Part shown: one piece after another, positions 1 through 13,364 of the stretch
Layout of the letters: every line of letters begins with the position of its first letter
How positions within the stretch are numbered: position 1 is the stretch's first letter
Origin: Hyphomicrobiales bacterium
GTDB taxonomy: Bacteria; Pseudomonadota; Alphaproteobacteria; Rhizobiales; Kaistiaceae
Length of the DNA: 33,129 bases
Direction: 5' to 3'
NCBI GenBank assembly: GCA_043741595.1
Contig: JAYTZZ010000009.1
Span: 1 to 33,129, forward strand
Notes under the pieces: generated by a model
What the model was told of the DNA's origin: nothing
Seen by the model: only the letters and a program-made list of their open reading frames with translations
The model's database searches: none
Translations under genes and position numbers: made by a program

Positions 1-167
1 CTATCCCCCTGTAAGGACTGGAAAAGTTCCTCCTGGGCGGTCTAGATTGCGCCGCTTTTCGGGCGGAAGGTGGATTTCGCCGAGCCGGGATTTGCCCGAA
101 ACCCGCTACAATCGCCCCTCACGAAGCGATTCGGCCAACCCCGTGCCGCGCGTTAGAGGACCCGCTG

Positions 168-725
168 ATGGCGTTGAAATTCCTGTTGCCGATCACTCTC
201 GTGGCCGCGCTCGCCGGTTGCGGATCGATCGGCGCCATTGGCTTGCCGTGGAAGCGTGAAAAGCCCGTCCAGCCTGAGCCGTTGGCTTCGACAGCCGTAA
301 GCCCGGTTGAGAGCACCAACCTCGGCCCCCCCGGAGATACGACGGTTGCCGGATTGCCCGCCGATGGCAGCGATACGGCAAGCGAACCGCTCTCACCGCC
401 GACCGGAACCGCGATGACCGCACCTGCCGGTTCGGGCGTCGATGGCGGTATCGGCCGGACCGATCTTCTCGGCGGCTGGACGATTACTTCCGCGGGCGAC
501 TCGTGTCAGTTGTTCATGACGCTGACGAGTTGGACCGGCGGCTACCGCGCGTCGACGCGTGGCTGCACCAACGATGTCCTGAAATCGATCTCCGCGTGGA
601 ACCTGCAAGGCAGCGAAGTTATTCTCGCCGGCCAGGGCGGCTCGCCGCTCGCTCACCTCGCGTCGTCCGGCAACAATCGTTTCGAAGGCCAGGCCAACGG
701 GCAGGGCGTTACGTTCTATCGCTGA
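168..725 (+). CDS. omp19: Omp19-like outer-membrane lipoprotein (protease inhibitor Inh/AprI family)
   Basis: ATG start. Signal peptide with lipobox LAGC|GS. Pro/Ser/Thr-rich linker. The C-terminal domain GGWTITSAGDSCQLF...GGYRASTRGC...ISAWNLQGSEVIL...SSGNNRFEGQANGQGVTFYR aligns by eye with Brucella Omp19 (GVWNASLGGQSCKI...GYRAGPLRC...ASWAVNGKQLVL...SSGQGRFDGQTTGGQAVTLSR), including both Cys. Confidence 0.85.
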   Translation: MALKFLLPITLVAALAGCGSIGAIGLPWKREKPVQPEPLASTAVSPVESTNLGPPGDTTVAGLPADGSDTASEPLSPPTGTAMTAPAGSGVDGGIGRTDLLGGWTITSAGDSCQLFMTLTSWTGGYRASTRGCTNDVLKSISAWNLQGSEVILAGQGGSPLAHLASSGNNRFEGQANGQGVTFYR

Positions 726-738
726 GCCGCCCGACCGC

Positions 739-1911
739 ATGACGCCCGCGCGACCGGCGGCCTCCAACGAGGGGCCGGTGGCTTCGGGGTACGCAGCCAA
801 GGTCGCCTCCGGCGACATCACCCCCAATCCCGCTCAGCTCGTCCTCGTGGCGAGGCTCGATCGGCTCAACGGCGAACTCGGCGATAGGGGGCCTCCGCGG
901 GGGCTATTTGGCCGACTCCTGAGCAGGCGCGCTCGGTCGCCGAAAGGGCTCTACATCCATGGTGCGGTCGGACGCGGCAAGACCATGCTCATGGATACGT
1001 TCTTTGCCGCTTCCGAAGTGCGTGCCAGACGCCGCGTTCACTTCAACGCCTTCATGGGCGAGGTGCAGGATCGCCTGCATGCCGCGCGCGAGCAGGACGA
1101 AGGCGATCCGATCAGGTCGGTCGCAACCGCGATTGCCAGCGAGACACGGCTGCTCTGCCTCGACGAATTTTCCGTTACCGATATCGCCGACGCGATGATT
1201 CTCTCGCGTTTGTTCGGTGCATTGTTCGGTCGCGGAGTGGTGTTGGTGGCGACCTCCAACAACGCTCCTGAAGACCTCTACAAGGATGGCTTGAACCGTG
1301 GCCTGTTTCTTCCGTTTGTCGCGACTCTCCGACGCCACGTCGATGTTTTCGATCTCGATATCGACACGGACTATCGGCTGGCGAAGCTTGCCGGCGCCCC
1401 GGTCTACGTCACGCCCCTCGGCCTAGGCGCCCGCAATGCGCTGGACACGATCTGGCGCCGCTTGACCGGCACACAGCGTGGCGAGCCAACCACGCTCCGC
1501 ACGCACGGTCGCAATATTCGCGTTCCGCAGGCGGAGGATGGCGTGGCGCGCTTCTCGTTCGCCGACATCTGCGAAGCTCCGCTTGCGGCTAACGACTACC
1601 TGCAGATCGCGCGCGCATTCCACACCCTGATTGTCGATGACGTTCCGATCATCGCCGACGACAAGCGTGATGCTGCCCGCCGCCTGATCCTTCTCATAGA
1701 CATCCTCTACGATCATCGCGTGAACCTGATTATTTCGGCAGCGGCCGAACCCGCGGCCCTTTACGTCGCGACGGACGGCGAGGAAGCTTTCGCATTCAGG
1801 CGCACGGCGTCGCGGCTCATCGAAATGCGCTCTGCGGCGTATCTCGGTGCCACGCATGGCGTGTCGCTCGCTCCCAATCCGCCTCTTGCACCGCAGCATC
1901 AATCGGGATAG
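739..1911 (+). CDS. zapE: AFG1/ZapE-family ATPase (cell division protein ZapE)
   Basis: Walker A GAVGRGKT and Walker B LLCLDEF. About 390 aa. Overall AFG1-like pattern. Confidence 0.9.
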   Translation: MTPARPAASNEGPVASGYAAKVASGDITPNPAQLVLVARLDRLNGELGDRGPPRGLFGRLLSRRARSPKGLYIHGAVGRGKTMLMDTFFAASEVRARRRVHFNAFMGEVQDRLHAAREQDEGDPIRSVATAIASETRLLCLDEFSVTDIADAMILSRLFGALFGRGVVLVATSNNAPEDLYKDGLNRGLFLPFVATLRRHVDVFDLDIDTDYRLAKLAGAPVYVTPLGLGARNALDTIWRRLTGTQRGEPTTLRTHGRNIRVPQAEDGVARFSFADICEAPLAANDYLQIARAFHTLIVDDVPIIADDKRDAARRLILLIDILYDHRVNLIISAAAEPAALYVATDGEEAFAFRRTASRLIEMRSAAYLGATHGVSLAPNPPLAPQHQSG

Positions 1912-1938
1912 TCAACGCACGCACTTTTCGGGGCCTGA

Positions 1939-2946
<1,008 letters not shown>

Positions 2947-2976
2947 CGCGGCGAAGCCGGCGGGGACAGACGGCTC

Positions 2977-4176
2977 ATGAACATCCACGAATATCAGGCG
3001 AAGGCGGTGCTGCGGGAATTCGGCGTGCCGCTAGCGCGTGGCGTCGCCGTGTTCTCGGCTGATGAGGCGGAGAGTGCCGCGAAGGAACTCGGCGGTCCCG
3101 TCTGGGTGGTCAAGTCGCAGATTCACGCCGGCGGTCGCGGCAAGGGCCGCTTCAAAGAAACAGCGGCAGGTGACAAAGGCGGCGTGCGCATCGCCAAATC
3201 CATCGCCGAAGTCATCGAAGCCGCGCGCCAGATGCTCGGCCACACGCTCATCACCAAGCAGAGTGGACCCGAAGGCCGGGTCGTCCGCCGCCTCTACATC
3301 GAAGAGGGCTCGGACATTGCCCGCGAGCTGTACCTTTCCTGCCTCGTCGATCGCGTGACCGGGCGCATGGCCTTCGTCGCCTCGCAGGAAGGTGGCATGG
3401 ATATCGAGGAAGTCGCAGCGAAGACGCCGGAGAAGATCGTCACCGTTCACGTCGACCCTGCGGCTGGATATAGCCCCTACATCGGGCAGACGATCGCCTA
3501 TGCCCTTGGCCTGTCAAGCGATCAGGTCAAGCAGTGCGTGGCGCTCATCGGTCAGCTCCATGCCGCGTTCGTCGGCAAGGATATGGGGCTGCTCGAGATC
3601 AATCCGCTCGTCGTGACGAAGGCGGGCAAGCTCCTCTGTCTCGATGCGAAGATGGGTTTCGACGACAACGCGCTTTTTCGTCATCCGGATATCGCGGCGC
3701 TGCGTGACGAGAGCGAAGAAGACCCGAAGGAAGTGGAAGCCGCCAAGAACGAGCTTAACTACATCGCCCTCAATGGCACCATCGGCTGCATGGTCAACGG
3801 CGCCGGCCTCGCCATGGCGACCATGGACATCATCAAGCTCTATGGAGCCGAGCCCGCGAATTTTCTCGACGTCGGCGGTGGCGCTTCGAAGGAGCGAGTC
3901 ACTGCAGCGTTCAAGATTATCACCGCCGACCCGAAGGTCAAAGGAGTACTGGTCAACATCTTCGGCGGCATCATGCGTTGCGACATTGTCGCCGAGGGCA
4001 TCCTCGCCGCGGTGAAGCAGGTTGGCCTCAAGCTGCCCCTGGTGGTGCGCCTTGAGGGCACCAACGTCGAACTCGGAAAGAAGATCATCGCCGAGTCGGG
4101 CCTCTACGTCATCAACGCCGACGACCTCGATGACGCCGCGCAAAAGGTCGTGGCCGCCGTCAAGAAGGCGGCCTGA
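2977..4176 (+). CDS. sucC: succinyl-CoA synthetase (ADP-forming) beta subunit
   Basis: [19 protein letters not shown]-terminus, ATP-grasp domain, 399 aa. Located in the mdh-suc cluster. Confidence 0.97.
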   Translation: MNIHEYQAKAVLREFGVPLARGVAVFSADEAESAAKELGGPVWVVKSQIHAGGRGKGRFKETAAGDKGGVRIAKSIAEVIEAARQMLGHTLITKQSGPEGRVVRRLYIEEGSDIARELYLSCLVDRVTGRMAFVASQEGGMDIEEVAAKTPEKIVTVHVDPAAGYSPYIGQTIAYALGLSSDQVKQCVALIGQLHAAFVGKDMGLLEINPLVVTKAGKLLCLDAKMGFDDNALFRHPDIAALRDESEEDPKEVEAAKNELNYIALNGTIGCMVNGAGLAMATMDIIKLYGAEPANFLDVGGGASKERVTAAFKIITADPKVKGVLVNIFGGIMRCDIVAEGILAAVKQVGLKLPLVVRLEGTNVELGKKIIAESGLYVINADDLDDAAQKVVAAVKKAA

Positions 4177-4988
4177 TGGGGGCCGCCGCTTCAGCGACGG
4201 CCGGCGAACGCGCCTGTCCCCAGTGCGGCGCGACGGCCGTCGTCGCGTTGCCGCGCTACTCGACGGCGGAATGGCATGTGGTCGCTTGTGCTGACTGTGG
4301 TTTCGTCTATCTGCGCAATCCGCCCGCCTATGCTCGCCTTGAGGAAGAGTTCGCGTGGGAGAAGACCGCGCCGGCCGAGACCGAGCGGCGGTACGCCGCG
4401 CGACCGCTGTTCATGTGGCTCGACGACATCACGCGCTGGCGCCTCTCGATGTTTCGGCGTGATCGCGCCGGTCTTTACCGGCGGCTGTTCCGGCCGGGCC
4501 GCGTGCTCGACGTCGGCTGCGGCGGCTATGCGGCTCCGCCCGAGCCCTTCATTCCTTATGGGATCGAAATATCGAAGGTCCTCTATGAGAGGTCGGCGCA
4601 ACTCATGGAAGCGCGCGGCGGCAAGGCTATCTACGGACCCGCTGCGGAGGCCATCGGCTCGTTCCCTGATGGCTTTTTTTCAGGCGTGATCCTGAATTCG
4701 GTCGTCGAGCATGAAGCGCAGCCGAAGCGCCTGCTCGCCGAGGTCGCGCGCGTGCTGGAGCCTGATGGCAGCGCCCAAATCCGTGTGCCGAACTACGGCA
4801 GCATCAACCGCATGGTCAACGGCGGCGGTTGGTGCGGCTTCCGCCACCCGGATCATGTCAACTACTTCACCCTGACGTCGCTGAAACGCATGGCGAAAGA
4901 TTGCGGGCTTGGCGTGCGCCTGCTGCATCCGATCCGCCTGCCGGTCGACGACAATATCAACGCGGTCCTCACCAAGGCGGCAGCCTGA
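4176..4988 (+). CDS. class I SAM-dependent methyltransferase with N-terminal CxxC...CxxC zinc-ribbon-like module
   Basis: Motif [10 protein letters not shown], post-[15 protein letters not shown] and LEPDG. N-terminal C14-x2-C17-x20-C38-x2-C41. The ATG overlaps the sucC stop (TGATG). GAAGG lies 7 nt upstream. The stop is 1 nt before the sucD ATG. Confidence 0.8.
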   Translation: MGAAASATAGERACPQCGATAVVALPRYSTAEWHVVACADCGFVYLRNPPAYARLEEEFAWEKTAPAETERRYAARPLFMWLDDITRWRLSMFRRDRAGLYRRLFRPGRVLDVGCGGYAAPPEPFIPYGIEISKVLYERSAQLMEARGGKAIYGPAAEAIGSFPDGFFSGVILNSVVEHEAQPKRLLAEVARVLEPDGSAQIRVPNYGSINRMVNGGGWCGFRHPDHVNYFTLTSLKRMAKDCGLGVRLLHPIRLPVDDNINAVLTKAAA

Positions 4989-4989
4989 C

Positions 4990-5874
4990 ATGGCGATCCT
5001 TATCGACGCATCGACCAAGGTCATCTGCCAGGGCTTCACCGGCAAGAACGGCACGTTCCATTCGGAGCAGGCGATCGCCTATGGCACGAAGATGGTGGGC
5101 GGCGTTTCGCCTGGGAAGGGCGGGCAGACACATCTCGGTCTTCCGGTTTTCGACACGGTGCTGCAGGCCGTTGAGGCAACGCGCCCGCAGGCCAGCGTCA
5201 TCTATGTGCCGCCGCCATTCGCCGCCGACGCCATCCTTGAAGCGATCGCAGCCGAAGTGCCGCTCATCGTGACCATCACGGAGGGTATCCCGGTCCTCGA
5301 CATGGTCAAGGTCAAGCGTGCGCTCGAAGGTTCGAAGAGCCGCCTCGTCGGGCCGAACTGCCCCGGTGTGATGACGTCGGGCGAATGCAAGATCGGCATC
5401 ATGCCCGGCAACATTTTCGCCAAAGGTTCCGTCGGCATCGTGTCGCGCTCCGGTACGCTCACCTATGAAGCTGTCTTCCAGACGACAGCCGCCGGTCTCG
5501 GCCAGACCACGGCTGTCGGCATCGGCGGTGATCCGGTCAAGGGCATGGATTTCGTCGAGGTGCTGGCATTGCTGCTCGCCGACGCTGCAACTCACTCAAT
5601 CGTGATGATCGGCGAGATCGGCGGTTCATCGGAGGAATTGGCGGCACAGTTTCTGAAAGATGAAGCGTCACGCGGCCGTCGCAAGCCCGTGGTGGGGTTC
5701 ATAGCCGGACGCACGGCGCCGCCCGGGCGCCGGATGGGCCATGCGGGCGCAATCATTGCTGGCGGCAGGGGCGGGGCGGAGGACAAGATCGAGGCCATGC
5801 GTTCGGCGGGGATCACCGTTGCGGAATCGCCGGCCCGGATCGGCCGCACTCTCGTCGAAGTCTTGAACAGTTAG
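4990..5874 (+). CDS. sucD: succinyl-CoA synthetase alpha subunit
   Basis: [25 protein letters not shown]-terminus at the ATG at 4990; the track ORF from 4909 is an upstream extension. Contains SRSGTLTYE and the phosphohistidine loop MGHAGAII. Confidence 0.95.
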   Translation: MAILIDASTKVICQGFTGKNGTFHSEQAIAYGTKMVGGVSPGKGGQTHLGLPVFDTVLQAVEATRPQASVIYVPPPFAADAILEAIAAEVPLIVTITEGIPVLDMVKVKRALEGSKSRLVGPNCPGVMTSGECKIGIMPGNIFAKGSVGIVSRSGTLTYEAVFQTTAAGLGQTTAVGIGGDPVKGMDFVEVLALLLADAATHSIVMIGEIGGSSEELAAQFLKDEASRGRRKPVVGFIAGRTAPPGRRMGHAGAIIAGGRGGAEDKIEAMRSAGITVAESPARIGRTLVEVLNS

Positions 5875-5965
5875 TGTGCGGACCCGACATGAATGAACGA
5901 GAAACACGTTGATTCGGCGGCGATCGGTCTTTAGAGCGTGGCAGGTGGCTGCGCGGAACTGAGAG

Positions 5966-5984
5966 CGCGGGGAGGTCCCCCGCG
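5966..5984 (+). other. GC-only stem-loop in the sucD-sucA spacer (7-bp stem CGCGGGG/CCCCGCG, loop AGGTC)
   Basis: Read directly: 5966-5972 pairs with 5978-5984. It lies 12 nt upstream of the sucA ATG. No U-tract follows, so it is not a canonical intrinsic terminator. Confidence 0.35.
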
Positions 5985-5995
5985 GAACCAAGAAA

Positions 5996-8965
<2,970 letters not shown>

Positions 8966-8978
8966 CGAAACGGGGACG

Positions 8979-10271
8979 ATGATGGCGACTGAAGTTCGTG
9001 TTCCGACCCTTGGCGAGTCGGTGACTGAGGCCACCGTCGGCCAGTGGTTCAAGAAAGTCGGCGACGCCGTCGCAGTCGACGAACCTCTCGTCGAGCTTGA
9101 GACCGACAAGGTAACGCTGGAAGTTCCGGCGCCGGCTGCAGGGGTCATTGCTGCGATCGACGCCAAGGATGGCGCTGTCGTCGGCGTGGGTGCGCTGCTG
9201 GGTTCCATCAATGCCGACGCTTCCGCCGCCAAGGCAGCTGCGAAGTCGGCGCCGTCGCCAACCGGCAAGCCCGATGTGAAAACGTCGACCACCACGCCGA
9301 TTGGGGTTGGTCCGGAGGAGGTCAAGCCGCGGACTCCCGCGGCGCAAGCCGCGGAAGCCGTCGTTCAGGCAAAGGCGGCGGACAAGGCCAGCGACGGCAA
9401 CGGCGCTTCGCCCGCTGCCGCCAAGATTCTGACCGAGAAGAGCATCGCTCCGGCGCAGGTTTCGGGCACCGGGAAAGACAGCCGCATCACCAAGGCCGAT
9501 GCCGTCGCCGCCGCTCCGGCTCCCGTTTCCGCACCAGTGCAGGTGCGCGCGCCGTCGCCCGCCGACGATGCGGCGCGCGAGGAACGCGTGCGCATGTCGC
9601 GCTTGCGTCAGACCATCGCCCGCCGTCTAAAGGAAGCGCAGAACACCGCCGCCATGCTCACGACCTTCAATGAGGTCGATATGAGCGCAGTGATGGCGCT
9701 GCGCACCGAATATCGCGAGCTGTTCGAGAAGAAGCACGGCGTGAAGCTCGGCTTCATGGGCTTTTTTGTGAAGGCCTGCGTTCAGGCGCTGAAGGAAATT
9801 CCGGCCGTCAACGCCGAGATCGATGGCACCGACATCGTCTACAAGAACTATTACCACCTCGGCATCGCCGTCGGCACCGATCGCGGTCTCGTCGTGCCTG
9901 TGGTGCGCGACGCCGACCACAAGTCGCTTGCCGAGATCGAGAAGACGATTGCCGATCTCGGAAAGCGCGCGCGCGATGGCGACCTCAAGCTCGAGGAGAT
10001 GCAGGGCGGTACCTTCACCATCACCAACGGCGGCATTTACGGTTCGCTCATGTCGACGCCGATCCTCAATGCGCCGCAGTCTGGCATCCTCGGCATGCAC
10101 AAGATTCAGGAGCGGCCGATCGTCATCGCCGGCGAGGTCAAGGTCAGGCCGATGATGTACCTGGCGCTCTCCTACGATCACCGCATCGTCGATGGGCGCG
10201 AGGCGGTCACCTTCCTCGTCCGCGTGAAGGAAAGCCTGGAAGACCCGCAGCGGATGGTGCTCGATCTCTGA
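8979..10271 (+). CDS. sucB: dihydrolipoyllysine-residue succinyltransferase (OGDH E2)
   Basis: Lipoyl domain with [10 protein letters not shown], an Ala/Pro-rich linker, and a catalytic domain with SYDHRIVDG. Two adjacent ATGs (8979/8982), so the start is ambiguous by one codon. Confidence 0.95.
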   Translation: MMATEVRVPTLGESVTEATVGQWFKKVGDAVAVDEPLVELETDKVTLEVPAPAAGVIAAIDAKDGAVVGVGALLGSINADASAAKAAAKSAPSPTGKPDVKTSTTTPIGVGPEEVKPRTPAAQAAEAVVQAKAADKASDGNGASPAAAKILTEKSIAPAQVSGTGKDSRITKADAVAAAPAPVSAPVQVRAPSPADDAAREERVRMSRLRQTIARRLKEAQNTAAMLTTFNEVDMSAVMALRTEYRELFEKKHGVKLGFMGFFVKACVQALKEIPAVNAEIDGTDIVYKNYYHLGIAVGTDRGLVVPVVRDADHKSLAEIEKTIADLGKRARDGDLKLEEMQGGTFTITNGGIYGSLMSTPILNAPQSGILGMHKIQERPIVIAGEVKVRPMMYLALSYDHRIVDGREAVTFLVRVKESLEDPQRMVLDL

Positions 10272-10284
10272 GAGGCGCATACGC

Positions 10285-11691
10285 TTGGCTTCCCCCTATG
10301 ATTTCGCGGTTATCGGCTCTGGCCCCGGCGGCTACGTCGCGGCAATCAAGGCGGCTCAACTCGGTCTCAAGGTCGCCGTCATAGAAAAGCGCAAGACGTT
10401 CGGCGGCACCTGCCTCAATATCGGCTGCATACCATCGAAGGCGCTCCTCCACACGTCCGAATTGTTCGAGGCCGCCGGTCATCAGTTCGAGGGGTTTGGC
10501 ATCAAGGTCGGCACGCCCAAGCTCGATCTCAAGGCGATGCAGGCCCACAAGGACGCGGTGGTGCAGGCGAGCGTGTCAGGCGTCGAGTATCTCTTCAAGA
10601 AGAACAAGATCGATGCCTTCATCGGCACCGGGTCCATCGTTGGCCCCGGAAAGATCAAGATCGATGTTCAGGTCGGCGAAAGCCAGGTCATCGAGGCGAA
10701 GGTGATCGTCATTGCCACTGGCTCGGAGTCGACGCCGCTGAAGGGTGTTACCATCGATGAAACCCGCGTCGTCACGTCCACGGGAGCGCTGACACTGGCG
10801 CAGGTTCCGGCGCGGCTCATCGTCATAGGCGCCGGTGTCATCGGCCTTGAGCTCGGCTCGCTGTGGCGTCGCCTCGGCTCGGAAGTCACGGTGGTCGAAT
10901 TCCTCGACCGCATCCTTCCGGGTATGGACGGCGAAGTCGCGCGCCAGACGCAGCGCCTGCTCACGCGCCAGGGCATGGCCTTCCGCTTGTCGAGCAAGGT
11001 CGCTTCCGTCGATACCAAGAGCAAGACGCTGAAGGTCGCGGTTGAGCCCGCCGCGGGCGGCGCGGCGGAGACGCTGGAAGCCGACGTTGTGCTGGTCGCT
11101 ATAGGCCGGCGCGCCTTCACAGATGGGCTCGGCCTCGAAGCCGCTGGTATCGCGCGCGATGAGCGCGGCCGGGTCGCCGTCGACGATCATTTCCAGACCA
11201 ACGTCCCGGGCGTCTACGCCATCGGCGATGCCATCCGCGGCGCCATGCTCGCCCACAAGGCTGAGGACGAGGGCATTGCCGTCGCCGAGATCGTCGCAGG
11301 GCAAGCGGGCCATGTGAACTACAGCGCGATACCGAGCGTCGTCTACACCCATCCGGAGGTCGCCTCGGTCGGGCAGACCGAGGAGGAACTGAAGGTGGCC
11401 GGCATCGAATATCGCGTCGGCAAGTTTCCGTTCTCGGCCAACGCGCGCGCTCGCGCCCTTGGTGAGAAGGATGGCTTCGTGAAGATTCTCGCCGACGCCG
11501 CGACCGATCGCGTGCTTGGCGGTCATATCATCGGCCCGTATGCCGGCGAGTCGATCGTCGAGATCGCCGTGCTGATGGAGTTTGCCGGCGCGGCGGAAGA
11601 CCTCGCGCGCATTTCGCATCCGCACCCGACCCTCTCGGAAGCCGTGCGCGAGGCGGCCTTCGCCGCCTGGTCGAAGCCGATCCATATCTGA
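10285..11691 (+). CDS. lpdA: dihydrolipoyl dehydrogenase (E3)
   Basis: FAD fold GSGPGGY, redox disulfide GGTCLNIGCIPSK, C-terminal HPHPTLSE. TTG start; the nearby ATG at 10298 is out of frame. Confidence 0.93.
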   Translation: MASPYDFAVIGSGPGGYVAAIKAAQLGLKVAVIEKRKTFGGTCLNIGCIPSKALLHTSELFEAAGHQFEGFGIKVGTPKLDLKAMQAHKDAVVQASVSGVEYLFKKNKIDAFIGTGSIVGPGKIKIDVQVGESQVIEAKVIVIATGSESTPLKGVTIDETRVVTSTGALTLAQVPARLIVIGAGVIGLELGSLWRRLGSEVTVVEFLDRILPGMDGEVARQTQRLLTRQGMAFRLSSKVASVDTKSKTLKVAVEPAAGGAAETLEADVVLVAIGRRAFTDGLGLEAAGIARDERGRVAVDDHFQTNVPGVYAIGDAIRGAMLAHKAEDEGIAVAEIVAGQAGHVNYSAIPSVVYTHPEVASVGQTEEELKVAGIEYRVGKFPFSANARARALGEKDGFVKILADAATDRVLGGHIIGPYAGESIVEIAVLMEFAGAAEDLARISHPHPTLSEAVREAAFAAWSKPIHI

Positions 11692-11693
11692 GC

Positions 11694-12200
11694 GTGTCGC
11701 CCGCCACCGCCATCGTCATCATGGGCGTCGCCGGCAGCGGCAAGACCGTCGTCGGGGAGCGCCTCGCCAGGCACTACGGCTATCCGTTTCGCGATGCCGA
11801 TGAGTTTCACCCACCCGCCAACGTCGCCAAGATGTCGTCGGGCGTTCCGTTGGAGGACGCCGACCGCTGGCCGTGGCTCGACGCGATCGGGGCTGCGATC
11901 CACGATGCCGGCAGCGAAGGCATCGTCGTCGCCTGCTCGGCGCTGAAGCGCATCTATCGCGAACGCATCATCAATGCCGCGGGCCGCCCGGTGAATTTCG
12001 TCTTCCTCGACGGGTCGCTGGTGACTCTGCGTCAGCGCATCGGCGGGCGGCGGGGACACTTCATGCCGCCCAGCCTCCTCGACAGCCAGCTCGCCACGCT
12101 GGAGCGGCCGGCGCCTGACGAGCGCGCCGTCACGATCTCCATCGAGCAGCCCATCGACGCCGTGGTCGATGCCGCTGTCGCAGCCTTGGCGCCTGCCTGA
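11694..12200 (+). CDS. gntK: gluconokinase (GntK/IdnK family)
   Basis: P-loop GVAGSGKT plus DADEFHPPANVAKMSSGVPLEDADRWPWL and CSALKRIYR. These align by eye with E. coli GntK (GVSGSGKS...DGDFLHPRRNIEKMASGEPLNDDDRKPWL...CSALKKHYR). GTG start 2 nt after the lpdA stop. Confidence 0.85.
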   Translation: MSPATAIVIMGVAGSGKTVVGERLARHYGYPFRDADEFHPPANVAKMSSGVPLEDADRWPWLDAIGAAIHDAGSEGIVVACSALKRIYRERIINAAGRPVNFVFLDGSLVTLRQRIGGRRGHFMPPSLLDSQLATLERPAPDERAVTISIEQPIDAVVDAAVAALAPA

Positions 12201-12204
12201 ACAG

Positions 12205-13203
12205 CTACGCCCTTGGATGGGCCTTCGCGTACGCTTCCATCAGCCGCTCCGTATCGACGGCAGTATAGATCTGCGTCGTCGACAGGCTGGCGTGGCCAAG
12301 CAGCTCCTGGATGGCGCGGAGATCGCCACCGTTGGCGAGCAGGTGGGTGGCGAACGAGTGGCGCAGCGCATGTGGTGTCGCCGTGTCGGGCAGGCCGAGA
12401 GCGCTCCGCATCTTCTCCAGCGCACGCTGAACGAGGCGCGGGTTGAGCGGCCCGCCGCGTGCGCCGAGGAAGAGCGGTGTGTCGGGTCCGGGCGTGTAGG
12501 GACACTGATCAAGATAACTTGCGATCGCCGCGGATACCGCCGGCAGCACCGGGACCATGCGTTCCTTGCCGCCCTTGCCTCTGATCCTCAGCGTGTCACT
12601 GGGTCCGAGTGGGGTTTCGCCGCGACGGAGGCCGAGCGCCTCGGAGATGCGCAAACCGGCGCCATAGCACAGGGCCAGCACCGCGGCGTTGCGGGCGGCG
12701 ATCCACGGTTCATCGTCGACACTGTTTTCTACATCGACGACGTTGCGCGCCGCTGCTGTCTGCAGTGCCTTCGGCAGGGTCTTCTTCTGGCGCGGGGGAC
12801 GAATGGCTCGGAGTGCCGCGCCGTTGGCGCTGCCTTCCTTTTCGAGAAACCGGATGAGCGAGCGGATGCCGGCGATGCCTCGGGCGAGCGTCCGCGAGCC
12901 GGCGCCATCATGCCTTCGCGACGCCATGAAGGCACGGATGTCGGTGGTGGTCAGAGTCTTCAGGTCGGCAAGCTTCGGCGCGCCGCCAAGATGAGCCGTC
13001 AGGAACGTGAGAAACTGCGAGGCGTCGCGGGTGTACGCCTCAAGGGTCTTCGGTGAAAGCCGCCGCTCGCCGGACAAATGCCGCCGCCAGCGCGCCACCG
13101 CTTCGACGAGGTCGGGCTGGGCGGTGATCAGCAGTTCTCGGTCGGCGGCCATGAACGACAGTCCGCACGCTTTAGCTAAACGTGGGGTTAACTCGTCCTC
13201 CAT
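12205..13203 (-). CDS. xerC: site-specific tyrosine recombinase XerC
   Basis: N-terminal SAM-like core-binding domain (RHLSGERRLSPKTLEAYTRD). Catalytic HALRHSFATHLL and GHASLSTTQIYT. The track ORF runs to 13368, but its first 55 codons read through a REP element and toward the DUF1330 gene. Likely starts are the ATG at 13203 or the ATG at 13152. Confidence 0.85.
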   Translation of the reverse strand: MEDELTPRLAKACGLSFMAADRELLITAQPDLVEAVARWRRHLSGERRLSPKTLEAYTRDASQFLTFLTAHLGGAPKLADLKTLTTTDIRAFMASRRHDGAGSRTLARGIAGIRSLIRFLEKEGSANGAALRAIRPPRQKKTLPKALQTAAARNVVDVENSVDDEPWIAARNAAVLALCYGAGLRISEALGLRRGETPLGPSDTLRIRGKGGKERMVPVLPAVSAAIASYLDQCPYTPGPDTPLFLGARGGPLNPRLVQRALEKMRSALGLPDTATPHALRHSFATHLLANGGDLRAIQELLGHASLSTTQIYTAVDTERLMEAYAKAHPRA

Positions 13204-13204
13204 C

Positions 13205-13286
13205 TTGTCGTCCCCGCGAAGGCGGGGACCCAGCACACGCTGGTCCGGCAGTGGATACTGGGTGCCCGCCTTCGCGGGCATGACAA
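13205..13286. repeat. REP/MITE-like 82-bp element with 28-nt terminal inverted repeats, each arm itself a GC hairpin
   Basis: Left arm TTGTCGTCCCCGCGAAGGCGGGGACCCA (13205-13232). The reverse complement of the right arm (13259-13286) is TTGTCATGCCCGCGAAGGCGGGCACCCA, with 3 mismatches. Frame translations give the PAKAG / PAFAGMT / SSPRRRGP strings I recognise as typical of dispersed proteobacterial REP families. Only one copy is seen in this window. Confidence 0.6.
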
Positions 13287-13364
13287 AGCAGGTCAGCTCT
13301 TGATCAGCGCCGCCGTCGAGCGACGGCGGCGGCTTGCGTTTGACGCGGTAGGCAACGTCGTCCC

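Noticed and set aside
107-112. TACAAT -10-like hexamer upstream of the omp19-like gene, with TTGCCC at 92-97.
   Set aside because: The spacing between TTGCCC and TACAAT is only 9 nt, and no acceptable -35 sits at 16-18 nt. This is not enough to call a promoter.
1-259. Frame 2 is open from the window start through the 47-259 ORF, overlapping the omp19-like start. Frame 1 is also open from 1 to the TAG at 43-45.
   Set aside because: The Arg/Pro-rich translation has no recognisable domain and overlaps a well-supported lipoprotein start. The 14-codon frame-1 fragment could be the tail of an off-window gene, but it cannot be supported.
9200-9600. Ala/Pro/Lys-rich low-complexity stretch that looks repeat-like at the DNA level.
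   Set aside because: This is the normal flexible linker between the lipoyl, E3-binding and catalytic domains of E2 (SucB).
12205-13203. The tyrosine recombinase as the integrase of a mobile element or prophage.
   Set aside because: It has a full XerC-type architecture and size and native composition. Both flanks are core genes, and there are no att-like direct repeats, tRNA or phage genes nearby. A chromosome dimer-resolution recombinase is the simpler reading.
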